Of a DNA stretch of 32,303 nt, positions 1 to 11,972 are shown one piece after another. Under the pieces are notes generated by a model. It searched no databases and was not told the DNA's origin. It saw nothing but the letters and a program-made list of their open reading frames with translations. Position numbers and translations under genes: made by a program. The DNA is from Paraglomus brasilianum (lineage: Eukaryota): NCBI GenBank assembly GCA_910592345.1, contig CAJVPI010000378.1:1-32303 (forward strand), in the 5' to 3' direction. Within the stretch, counting starts at the first letter, position 1; each line of letters begins with the position of its first letter.

Positions 1-1349
1 TATATTAATCCTGTTATGGTTTATAATCATCCCATTTTGGTATGATAAAGGGAGCATTAAAATTAACAAGTCCATAATAATAAGTTATGAATGAGCACAA
101 TTATTACTTTTCAGAATGTCATCAGTCACACTGGTCAATTTTACAGTCACATCATAATCAGCTTCACATTTATGTCACAAAACAGAATGTTCACTTTGTC
201 TGGTTTTGTTGCAGTCTGCCCCATATAACATACAGTACATATTAATTAAAATAAAACGAATTCACCAACAACGCTGCTTATATTCGTAAGCGAATCGCTT
301 TTTTGAGTATTTATTGGCTTCGTTCTTGACGTGAGTATGGCAGACATTAAGTTAAAGTCTTCTAATGGGAAAGGCTACGTTCAGCGCGTATTTATACGAA
401 CCGGCCGGCTCGAAAAAGAAATCCTAATGATAAGTGTCTCACATTGCGAACGTGTAGCTTTTTTCACGAATGTAAAAATGTAGAGTGTAATGAATACGTG
501 ATTATCTATGCGCACTGGGTATTAGTAACAAATATTTGACGCTTAATACGCGACACTCGACCCTACGTAACTATTTATTCATAATTTCTGAGCTTGTTTC
601 TAGGTACAACTTTCTATTTTAGCCGGAAAAAATATTTCTCCAATCCTACCAACTGCTATGATTGACTGTTGATAAACAGAATCACTAGTAACAGCAAGGC
701 TATTTCTTTTACTTAGCAATAATCATTGTGAATATAGTACTTCTATCGCCAGTTGCGAAGTGAGAGGTTTAGCCTGGTATATATAGAAAGCGGACGTCAA
801 ATAAGCCTAATAAGGTGAGAATTATATCAAGAGTCTTAAGAAACTGTGAATTTAGGCTTGTGTCCCCCAAGAAATATTCGCGATCTTATTACGAGGGTAA
901 GAGTAGTAAAACGCTCGCTTATTGTACGCGTTTTTTTAAGACGTTGGCTAGTACTTATTACTCCCCAATCAGCTAGAGAGAGCTTGAAACGCCTCGTGTA
1001 ATCCAGCAAACTTTTATTTCCAAGAAACGAATAGCGTTTTTTATTCAGTGGAACTATTATGTATCACTATTTTCATATACAGATAATCTTGTATGTATAA
1101 CTTTATCAATCTGCAGAGAGACTTTGGCGCTCTTTGTCAAATCCTGTTTTCAAACTATATTGCATGTTTATTATTGTTGTTATTGTTATTATTATTATTA
1201 TTATGAAATAAACAAGTAATGAAAATAAAACAAAAAATTCCAATTACATTGATAATACTAAAAAAGAAATAACATCATCAATACTTATCCACTTTCTCTC
1301 CAATGGACCAAAAAAGAGGTTGCAAAATTCCAATAAAATTTGGATGGCA

Positions 1350-2145
1350 CTCTTCAGAGGCATATTTTAAGCTGTGTTTCAAATCCTGTGAGGTTGCAGA
1401 TGCTGACACCAAATGATTTGATCACCATGTACCTGTACATTAAACCCATTATTCAATTATAATTATTCAAACCAAATGAAATTAAGAACAATGCTATCCA
1501 GACTGGTACTTACTTTTGACCATTATGCAAAACTCCATGACTAAGTACTTGAGGAACAAACTAAAAATTCAATATTGCAAGATTCTCAAGAACAATATTC
1601 TCATCATCATTGGTAGAAGCCTTATATATATGGCTTTCTCATTATTGTTGTGATTATCAGTAATAGCAACAACAAAAGTTCCTTGATCACTTGGCCTCCT
1701 ACTAATTAGTGATTCAAACTTGAACTCATCCCCAATTCTGTCAACTAAATGTCTCTCATCTTCAGGTGGAATATAGTCTAAGACTTCTTTTGGTACTGTT
1801 ACAGGTTGCACCAGCATTCTCAAAGTCTGAGAGTCCCTGTTAGTTAAATCTAGTGCATGTATGCATGTCCTCTGGCCACATATAGGAATTCAATGTACAA
1901 GTTACTGGCAATAGCCCCAATGGCAAACTTTCTATCTTGTTGGAAATCAAACATATGCCCAAATATATCCACAAATTGTCCTAATGCTTCATGGTAATCT
2001 GAGAATAAATTGTGCTTTAGTTCAACTGCTGTGGCCAAAGGGGTATATTCCCATCAAGAATGGCAATATCAATCTTGGCTGTTGGATCCTCAAGGTAATT
2101 CTTGGTTGATACAGGTCGGTCAGTAAGTGTGGGTTGGTGAGTCTG
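1350..2145 (-). pseudogene. Decayed Crinkler-like PD-(D/E)xK nuclease-fold + protein kinase N-lobe gene fragment
   Basis: Stitching minus-strand frames gives ...NYLEDPTAKIDIAILDGNIPLW/TAVELKHNLFSDYHEALGQFVD...QQDRKFAIG... (D..ExK..GQ pattern), then ...GTFVVAI...AI/YKASTNDDENIVLENL...VPQVLSHG...[GT-AG intron 1513-1433]...YMVIKSFG. Frameshifts near 2035, 1855 and 1625; in-frame TAG at 1561-1563; no HRD/DFG seen. Boundaries approximate. Confidence 0.55.
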
Positions 2146-2502
2146 TCCTTATCCTGTGGACGTCCTCCGAGTCCAGCTATCATCATTACCTATTATCCTA
2201 TCTATTACTATATACAAGGTCAACCCCGATAAACTGAAGATGTCGGTGCAGCAATTCTTCTTCGGATTAGCGGGGTTGCTCTATAAACCGATGTGTATAT
2301 TCAGGGAAACCATACGTTCGGATAAACGGGGTAAGTGCTCAAGCTGCCAGATAATATGTATCGTAAACACTACTCTTCATTTGCTTATAACATAAGCTTA
2401 CTGCACTAACAGCTTGTGAAATAACTGCTTATTTGAGATTAAACCTTAAGTCAGAGATTGATTGACGTAATTTTTTTTTTAACTTATACAGTATATAAAA
2501 TT

Positions 2503-2885
2503 CTAAGGCCAATGTCCATCTCTCTTTGTTCTAGGATAGTCCCCATTGTAAAACGCGCCAGCGATCTTAAGGTGTGATGCTAAGGAAAACAACGGCATTT
2601 GGTTAAGATTGATCAATGCAAACACATAGGAATTAAAATAACACTCACTGTTTTCAATCCACCTCCAGAAATATCCGCAAGCTTGCTTATACGCGTTACT
2701 AATGTTCTGATTAAACTTAGCCTCGAGAATATACCGGCTCGTTGGTGCAAAAAATTCATTAAATTTTTCTTGGGTATCAGTTTCCAAGTCACAGAGAGCT
2801 TTTGTGATAATAGGTTCAGGTCCAACCTCTTCAACTTTGCCTTCACGTCTTCATACTCATTGATTGCACGTGTTTGATTGTCGTC
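2503..2885 (-). pseudogene. Possible gene fragment of unknown function
   Basis: Protein-like segments in two frames (NEYEDVKAKLKR / PEPIITKALCDLETDTQEKFNEFF...WRWIEN), followed by a GTGAGT...TTCCTTAG intron-like segment. Needs a frameshift; family not recognised. Confidence 0.25.
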
Positions 2886-4660
2886 ATTTTTTTACTTGAG
2901 AGCGTTTGCGTGACGTTAATTAACCCCGTTAGACGTTAATATATATTAATATCCCCTGATTATCGGTGGCACGTGTGGAGTGTGATCAATACACAGAACA
3001 AAACATAATCGGGTTGAAAAATCCGGCCATTCTGTCATAAATTCTATGGCATGACTGATAAACAGTATCTCAATCGGAACCTGCGTTATGGACGACACGA
3101 TCACAAGTTTATTAGGCGAACTACAAGAACGAAATTTATTACACCGTTTCTGTTTCACGGGCAACACGAGTCAGTGGGATATTGAGAGTCATCTATTAAT
3201 ATATCTCTTAACATTACTTTGCAAATAGTTCCATCAATATTGTAACTAATAATATCACGTATTTCTGTAATAAGTATGTACAATACTGTATCGGCATGGG
3301 AATATGTTGCCGTAGCTTGATGCTTTTTTACGTTTAGCGTCAGAAAATTCGCTAGAAAGACAGAAAGAAAAGCGTCGGTATTCAGAATGTGGGCCTGCGG
3401 TTAGCCGTGAACCCATTGGAAACGGCGTGGGAAGATGCTTTGGTTTAATTTGGATTCTCACCATATTCAGTTGGCACATCTCGTTGCAAGCATGAAGGTT
3501 GCTGGCGATAAGGTTCAAAGAGGATATTATAGTCTTACTGAACATAGCGGCAAAATTATACAGAGTTTCGATCAGATTTATGGGTAGAACTCACCAGGCA
3601 TAAATTGATACCGTGTTGATTCATGTCAGCATAATTGTTGTTTAATAGCCACATGGCCTTATTCTTCGTGCGGCTATACCGAGTTACGAAACTTGTCGAT
3701 TATGAGGTAGTCACAGAAGTAGTCACACAAACACATATTTAAGATAAAAGTTTATATCCGCGGCATGGCTTAAAACTCTATTTTCATAAGCTATGCATAA
3801 CATTGCAACATAAATTATCGAATAAATAAATAACAAATACGTTTATTACTGTTATTGCCAAAGCAAGAAGTTATGAGTATCATGAGAAATATTCCGTTAA
3901 CAATATTTGCTTTCGAAAAGTCATTATTATAATTATGCATAACGCATGATTAGTCATTGTAACACAGCCAATAATCTCCATGTGAGCAGCAATGTAATGC
4001 TAGTCAAATATTGCAAATAAGTGAATAACAACAGAAATTATGACTTGGATTAACGTCCCCTTTTCTATGATGGATTCGGGGTTCACCATAACTTGCTTTT
4101 CATGCATGCATGTGAAATTAGTAAACCCGTCTGCTATGCCATAGTAATAGTTGTAAATTATGTTCTTCCCCTAAATAGCCATTCGAAAGTATGATAACTC
4201 TATCTATGCACAGATAGTACAACCAATAACCGCTAAATTGTTTTCATGTGAAATTTGTAGTAAACCAAAGAAGATCATTTCAACCCTAACACTGATTAAA
4301 CACCTTTCCTTCTCAATGTCTGCGGCAAATTCTATTACAGATGATGCTGACATTCTTTCCAATGCATTGAATAAAAGCTTTATGGCTTACTTTCTTTTTA
4401 TTCTATTCACGTTAAAACGTCAGTCTCGCCAAATATAGGAGAAGAAGATCTTCCAAACCCACAATACATCGCGTTAAGATGTTAACCTCTCTCTCATTTT
4501 CTAATTTCCTTAGTCTTGCACCAGATTTCTATTAATTAAGCCCCAAAAGTCGATAAGCTCTCCCGATTTCAATACCGGTTTTTATCACTCGGAGAACAAC
4601 TATATCGCTATTAAAATTGTTTATTATAGATTAGAGTAAAAAAAAAAAAAGAATATACAA

Positions 4661-6621
4661 TCAAACATTGACTACATCGTTTGTTTCATTTATTTCGGTC
4701 ACTTCGTTTTCTTCATTCGCTTCAGTCACAATATGTCGGTCATTCCTGTGCTGCTCAAAAACGTCGACCCCGACTGTCTTCTCATTATCATTAGCATTAC
4801 TAGGACTATTAGCTTTGGAATTCCTCCTTCCATATAAGCCATAGATAACCAATCCGATTGCCATCCAAATAAACAGACGCTCAATACTATTTTTCGTGCA
4901 AGTGGCTAATAATAACAGATTCATTGCGGCCCCAGTGATTGGCACAAAGAATGGTCCACCAGGTACACGGAATCCTCGAGGTATATGAGGAGCCTTAAGG
5001 CGAAGAATCATTACGCCCATATTGACCAGGAAGAAAGCGAAAAGTGTACCGACGGAAGTGAGATCAGCCAGGACGTCTATAGGCAGGAATCCAGCACCGA
5101 GTGAAGCTACTGCACCGGTTGCTATTGTGGTAACATAGGGTGTTTTAAAGCGTGGGTGGACTTTGGTAGCTATGGTAGGGAAGAGACCGTCTCTACATGT
5201 AATAGTAAACATAAAAAACGTGAGTTGCTTTACAGAGAGACAGGTTCGCGATAACCAACACAGAAAAGAAGGTAGAATATTAACTTGGCCATTGTGTAGA
5301 ATATGCGCGGCTGAGACATGATCATAACGAGTATTACTGATGTAAGACCGGCAATTGCACCGAGATCTACTATTATCGCAAGCCATCGCATTCCAGTCGC
5401 GCGTATGGCTACTGCTATTGGTGCTGCTGTATTCAATTCGGTATAACTCACTACCCCAGTCATTACCAAGCTTTATAATAAAAAGAAATTAGCTATGCGG
5501 TTGTAAAAAAACTAACAATCACACCACCACACGTGTTTAACTTACCAAACGGCCACATATAATATTGTGCTTACGAGCAAACTTCCCAAAATCCCGATAG
5601 GCAAGTCTCTCGAAGGATTCTTTGTCTCTTGTGCGACAGTTGAAACAGCATCAAATCCAATGTAGGCGAAGAATACTACCGATGCACCAGAGAAAATTCC
5701 CGATACACCAAATTTAGAGAAACTCCCCTCGTTCTTGGGTACAAATGGGTGATAGTTTTCGGTTTTTACCGAGGGCGCGGCGGCAAACACGAATAATAGA
5801 ATCACGAAAATCTTAAAGGCTACAATCGAAGTATTGAACCAAGATGATTCTTTGATTCCGAGAACTAATAGACACGTGAGGAACACGACCACTACAAACG
5901 CCGGTACATTGAAATATGTTCCTGGAACTGACTGAAACGCCGAAGTAGTAGAGTTGAAAATGAACGGGGATTGTGTATACGAGGGATTTAATGTTTTAGA
6001 AAACGCATCTTGGATGAAATAAACAAGGTACGAAGACCATCCAACAGCGACGGCGGCGATTGAAACGAGATATTCCAGTATGAGATCCCATCCGACTATC
6101 CAAGCCATCAGTTCACCCATAGTGGCATATGCGTAAGTATAGGCTGAGCCAGAGATTGGAATCATCGAGGCAAGTTCGGCATAGGATAGTGCGGCAAAGA
6201 CGCTGGCAAAACTGGATATGATGTATGATATGACTACAGCTGGACCCGCATGGTTTGCAGCCGCCTGGCCTGGTTCGGTAGGCAAAAGTGTCAGAATAGG
6301 GATAATAGCGTTTGCTTGAGTAGACTGTCCCCTCCCCACATTACAACGATGGAATAATATTGTTGATTCCTTCAACTCACCAGTCAGAACGAAAATTCCC
6401 GCCCCAATAGTCCCTCCAATGCCGACCATAGTCAAGTCAAGGGGTCCTAAGCATCTATTCAATGTAGATTTTTTTTGGTCAGCCTCCAAAGACTTTATAG
6501 ATTTGATGGTCAAAAGCTTTCGCAGGTTATACTGCCATGGAGTCTCGCCTTCTGTACGAGGAGTGCCGGATGTTAAAAATTCGTAACTTTTCGGGGGAGT
6601 TTGCACGTTTAAATTTGACAT
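4661..6621 (-). CDS. APC-superfamily amino-acid permease, cationic amino acid transporter (CAT/YfnA-like) family; exons 6621-6381, 6269-5546, 5470-5285, 5192-4661
   Basis: Motifs GIGGTIGAGIFVLTG, YAELASMIPISGSAYTYAY, FFAYIGFDAVSTVAQETKNPSRDLPIG, QPRIFYTMAKDGLFP, VHPRFKTP; many hydrophobic helices; three GT-AG introns preserve the frame. Confidence 0.93.
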
Positions 6622-7494
6622 GATGTATTTTTTTCATGAAACGCACAGACGAAAGAGCAATCTGATACGAAACATTAAAAATTCTAGCACTCTAAATACA
6701 AATCCTCCGTTGTGGCGTCAATTATTAACTACATTTATATATATATTAGTGTCATTCAATATTTATACACATTTATTATAACATTGTTGTGTGTGGGAAT
6801 TCACTATTGAGTTGTCTAAAAGTGAGATCGTTCATTACAGCGACTGCTGATTTTTTGGGACACCTTGCCGTAATTTTAAACCCTCCTGTGGTGTCAACAA
6901 CCAATTACTTGGACCTCTTGCTTTCTATTTCTGGCGACAGGATTTTAATTGTCTGAAACCTAAACATAATCTGTTCACATGCATATGTTCTTGTTAGAAG
7001 ATAGTTTATATAAGTAGGAAGAGAGGCGTGTGCATGTAGCGAGCTTGACTCAAACTGCTTTTAATAAAAGGCTCAAATAATATCGTTTCCAGTCAAGGAC
7101 ATCGAGCATGAACTGCTTTTCAATATCTAACAGAAGACAATTTGATTAGTATTAAGAACCTTAGTTTCGATTGGCCGAGCGGGGAAACATATTCTGTCAA
7201 TTTCGTGTTTTTATAGTTGTTTTGATCTACTTATCCGTTATCGTGTACTCTCCCTAAGCTGTTACTGATTGACATTTGTAATACAGAACACATGTTGAGT
7301 GTGCGCGTACGTTGTGAAACCGGGTAACTGTTAATGGTAAATGGTAATGTATCTAGCTTTAGCGGGTTACTGTAGCTCGGCGATAAAGTTGGATAAATAT
7401 CACGATCGTAAATGGCAATGTAAAAATAACTCCACAACTATCTGCGTCATTAATATTAAACAAAATTTGTAGCATCTGTCATATTTGTCATGTA

Positions 7495-7968
7495 CAGTAA
7501 ATGAGTAAATGACCAGGTGACACGAAATTTTAATAGTAAAGCATATGAAAAGTCTTTCTTTTCAAAAATCTCTCCTACTCTTGTGTACTATGCAAAGTGC
7601 AATAATTTTTGTATGGTTCTGAAGCTAATTGATTATGCTTTTCAAAAAAAATAACAATAAAATTTTATAAATTATTGTTATAAGTTAATAGCTCGACGAA
7701 GTGTGAGTATACGTGCTATATATATTAATATATAATCATACAGTATTAGTATATTTTCATATCGTAATTTAAAGACAGCTGTTTCAACTTGCTACATAAC
7801 TTATAAAATTTTATTGTTATTTTTCTCGAAAAGCATAATCAATTAGCTTCAGAGCGATACAAAATTATTGCACTTTGCATAGTACACAAGAGCAGGAGAG
7901 ATTTTTGAAAAGAAAGACTTTTCATATGTTTTACTATTAAAATTTTGTGTTACCCGGTCATTTATTGG
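7495..7968. mobile_element. Non-autonomous foldback/MITE with ~170-bp terminal inverted repeats
   Basis: 7506-~7675 (taaatgaccaggtgacacgaaattttaatagtaaagcatatgaaaagtc...ttttataaattat) is the near-perfect reverse complement of ~7796-7964, with a ~120-bp AT-rich spacer. The left flank reads TA|CAGT (7493-7498). No transposase ORF. Confidence 0.8.
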
Positions 7969-8159
7969 AGGGGCTGATTTAATTAAATAAACGCAAATGA
8001 TATGGTAAATGAAGCTTATCAAGCAGTGCATGTGCATTTCGCAGAGTATTAATTGAAACATGATCTGCATTTACAATGTAAGACATTGTCTTCGACTTGC
8101 TCTTTCCTCTTTCCAAGCATTTTATTTTATTCCTAGTGAAATGGCAGAGCTGAATCATC

Positions 8160-8175
8160 GGGGGGGGGGGGGGGG
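8160..8175 (+). repeat. Poly-G run (16 G) followed by tggtggtgg
   Basis: Directly visible homopolymer. Confidence 0.9.
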
Positions 8176-9111
8176 TGGTGGTGGCTGTTTGGCACATCGA
8201 GCGCGAAATTGAAGCAAAAACTGGTCACCTAAATGCGAGCTAGAGAATTAATTACTATTTTCACCGTTTCAAGCTTTGGAGCAGAAAATCCCGAGTAGAA
8301 ATGAGCGGATTGAAAGAACGGATACTGGTTTGATTTGTTGTCAAGTCCAATATATCGCTCCTAAATATTAATATAAAAAATAAGTATTACTATGCTTTTC
8401 AAACCAACCTATACAAGTACACAACGCTTATACTATAATAAAACATACACGCGTGTTTTGTTTTTTCGTACGTGCTATATGATAAAGCCGGATTTTCATC
8501 TTTTAAATATCAATAATTGTTGACAAAAATTGCGTTTAAGAATCTCAACGAATATAATTGATTATATTTCAAAGGCATCGTGCGAAATCAGTGAAAACAT
8601 TATTACCGGGAAAGTACAAAAGTATTAAAATAATCATCCACATGCAGTATCCAACCGGGGATGCACGATGGACTAAGCCACTACGACATGTTGAAACTAG
8701 CTTTAGCAGATCATCTGGACAATAACGTCTACACAGCATTATCGACTAAGCCACTAAATAAAGCGCTGTTGTGATTTTCTAATCCATGCAGCCCTTATGT
8801 CATGATAACGGGTACAAGAATGCCAAGCGATTATCCTGATATCGACAAAGGTATTGGTATTATTCGTGTCTCACTATTACAATATGTATTTAGACAATGA
8901 TACTAAACTACAAAGACTTGTTAAAAATAGTTAGACTAACCATTTATAGTATGAAACCAACAATGCGAATAACGCTATAATATTCTCCAAAAAAAAAAAA
9001 AACTAAAAAAGAAAAAGCTCAATAAATAGTAGCTAGAATGTGATATAAAACAAAATGACAATCGACGAGTAATCATTGAAACTATCAGCAACAGTATAGA
9101 ATAGAGCATTA

Positions 9112-11509
9112 TCAAAAGGCCGCGATATATGGGAGTTGCCTATTGAAATTGACAGAGTATAAATTGATTAGGGAACAATTATTGTGTATTCCAAGAATTA
9201 GATGAACTAATTAATGCAAACAACATACCAATGATAATTTGAACAAATAGAGTGATGTATAGAACTTAAATCTCTTGTGGAGGCGATCCTTTCTGACAAA
9301 TTAAATAACCATTTAGATTGTCCATTGACGATACTATGTGGTTCATTCTTAGGACAAACAGGTTCAAGATCACGATGTGTTGAGCTTTTGTCACTGATGA
9401 ATTTTTCTCCAAAAGTTGGCTTTGAATAAAAATGGTTATGTGTGATCTGGTTGAAAACCAAGCCATCAGGTTAGAAACTGTTTATCCTCTAAAATCCAAA
9501 CTTACAACTTGAAAAAATTTTTTTAAAAAATCCATACCTGTTCGGATAAACTAGTCGAGGGTTGCATTACACAGTAAGTCCTTGATGTTCCTCCGGGATC
9601 GTGTGGAGCGTTTGCGCTATCATTATCATTGATATTATGAGTTCCTCGTTGTAGTTTTGGAGAGATAATCTGGCGTTTTCGTCGCAATTTCCATTTCTCA
9701 TTCATGCTTTGCATTCTCATAGGTTTGGAATTCCATATCGCAACCCTAGCCCATGGAAACAAAGCAAAGAACGAGTCGTGTATGTAAGAAAGAAGATCAT
9801 CCAGAAATTGATTACCCAACAAATATTCATCATCGGCATGGTCATGAATATTCTCCATTGTTGTATCCATTTTGTCTCGATCAAACAAGAGATTCTTCGG
9901 TGAACAAATCCGCAAGAATTGAGAAAGGACTTTTTGTTTGTGCGAGTTCGAAGGGGGATCACTTGACATTTCGATGAAATTCGAGAATGATCCGGATATG
10001 ATTAAATCAGTTATGCGTCGAAGAAATAATTTGTCGTACAGATGATAATGAAGCTTGCGATCCAAGCGTTTGATAATTTGGGTTGAGATGTAGGTGAGCG
10101 GTCCCCATTCTATGTCGATGAAACCATCAAGAGTTGGCGCAGACGGGAGTAGAGACAATTCTTGATGCTGTTCCTGTATCGTTGATATACTAGTAGTTTC
10201 CACATATCTTGACTGGCCGATTTTCTGGTCTGTGAATGCGTTAGTGTTAGTAAGTCATTCATTATTATTTCGTAATAGATAATTAATAATATTATTAATT
10301 AATACCATTATCACTCATGTTACACGGAATTACGAAATCTGGTAGAGTAGGAACCAATTGACTGCTATTTAGAGTATTCTGGTCCATAATCTCGTTAGGT
10401 TTTTCCACCGTCATAGATCCAAAGCAATCATACACTGTCGGTGTCATCCTGATTCTCTCTAATCGTTCTAGCATGACATCTGTTGATTGTGGTCGCTGAC
10501 CCAAGTCAAATGACCAACAATCGCTGTAAAGTTTATAATAATCAACGGGAGTATCAGGGGTGGGTACTTCTCTCAGTCCGTTGAATATATCGAGAAACAT
10601 CCCTAAATCGTGACTTTTATTTGCAAATGGAACTTTGCCCGAAGACAATTCCCATAGTAACACACCACAACTGTAGATATCGCACAGTTTACTGCGAGAC
10701 GTAATGTTATTATTCAACCGCTGTGGGTCTATGTATGGAATCATGCCAGCAATACGGGAAGTGGGTGTGTATGATGGAGTAACGAGACGCGAGAGACCAA
10801 GATCAGCGATTACTGCTCGGTGATTATTGATGAGTATGTTCTTGCTGTGAAGATCTCGATGAATAATATTTTCCGCATGAAGACAGTCTATAGCGCTAGC
10901 GATGTCTATAGCAAGGCGTAGTTTATCTTGCCAGGTAAGTTTGGCAAAATTTGCTGCAAGATAGTTGCGTAGCGTACCACCATTCGCATATTGCATTACG
11001 AGGATGTAGTCTAACGAAGAGGGATCTGAGAGTCGATTAAATTATTAGGGATGGAAAATCACGTTAACTATTTTTGTATTAAATCGAGGCCATATCAGAC
11101 ATAATGCGTCATGTTTAAACAGTGCTCTTTAAACTACGAAATGTACGCAAGCATACCTTTGGTTAGTCCATAAAATCTGATGATTCTGTCATCATCGGCA
11201 AAGTTTCTGAGTAATTTAAGCTGCCCAAATATTCAATCAACGTTATTAGTGGCACGCGCGAAAACAAAAATTAAACAATTTCTTTACCTCGTTGACTAAT
11301 TCTTTGTAAGTCTCGTCATCATCGCAGTTTGCTAACGACTCTAGACTTTTTAACGCAACTTTCTTTTTTCGTGCTCTCCATGTGGCTTTTTTGATAGTGC
11401 CATATCCTCCTCTTGCTACAAATTCTATTCCCGTAAACTCTTTAAATGGTACAAATTTAATGTGCCGACCTTCAATGGCCTCGTCTAGCCACGATTTAGT
11501 GGTTGACAT
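9112..11509 (-). CDS. Tyrosine-kinase-like (TKL) protein kinase with uncharacterised C-terminal region; exons 11509-11288, 11220-11157, 11025-10306, 10229-9538, 9446-9229, 9139-9112
   Basis: GGYGTI Gly loop, VALK, IIRFYGLT, MQYANGGTL, IIHRDLHSKNIL, IADLGLS, GMIPYIDPQ, DIYSCGVLLWELSSG. Phase-compatible GT-AG introns join the 226-aa ORF (9523-10203) to the kinase. The last two exons are less certain. Confidence 0.88.
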
Positions 11510-11972
11510 TCGGCCTTGGGCTTTTTTATTCGTGTTATTCTTTTCTCGAGATTTAGATGAAAGGTAGTCAATAATAATGGGGAACAAAATTTGTAGAAAG
11601 TTTTCAATGCATATTTATATATACTTGCATATTTTGGGGAGGGGTTTTCTTATTTTACATACTAAGTGGTTACTAATAATAATAAAGAGTTGTGCGACAA
11701 CTGAGCATATGTATATCATTTTTCGTGGGTAATTATAATGCACCCCGATTCGTGTTAATAAAACTTGATTTCTATTTGTTTATACAGACAACTTGCATTT
11801 TTCAATTCATTAAGCGGTAAAATAATAACGAGAGACATCCATAGTCAACCAAATTAGTACATCGTGAAATCTTAAACCTTTTTTCCTTACCTTGCCGGGT
11901 TTGCAAGAATAGGAAAAGAAAGAGAATATTTTAGTTTATCGCCGACCATACTTACTCGCGGTTCCCTACATC

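Noticed and set aside
7506..7964. Repeat region as a CRISPR array or structured RNA gene
   Set aside because: It is a single inverted pair rather than spaced direct repeats, the context is eukaryotic, and a MITE explains it better.
11881..11970. U1 snRNA-like starts (ccttaccttgcc, atacttactcgc)
   Set aside because: They do not match ATACTTACCTGG, I see no U1 stem-loops or Sm site, and they lie in the 5' leader of the GT-like gene.
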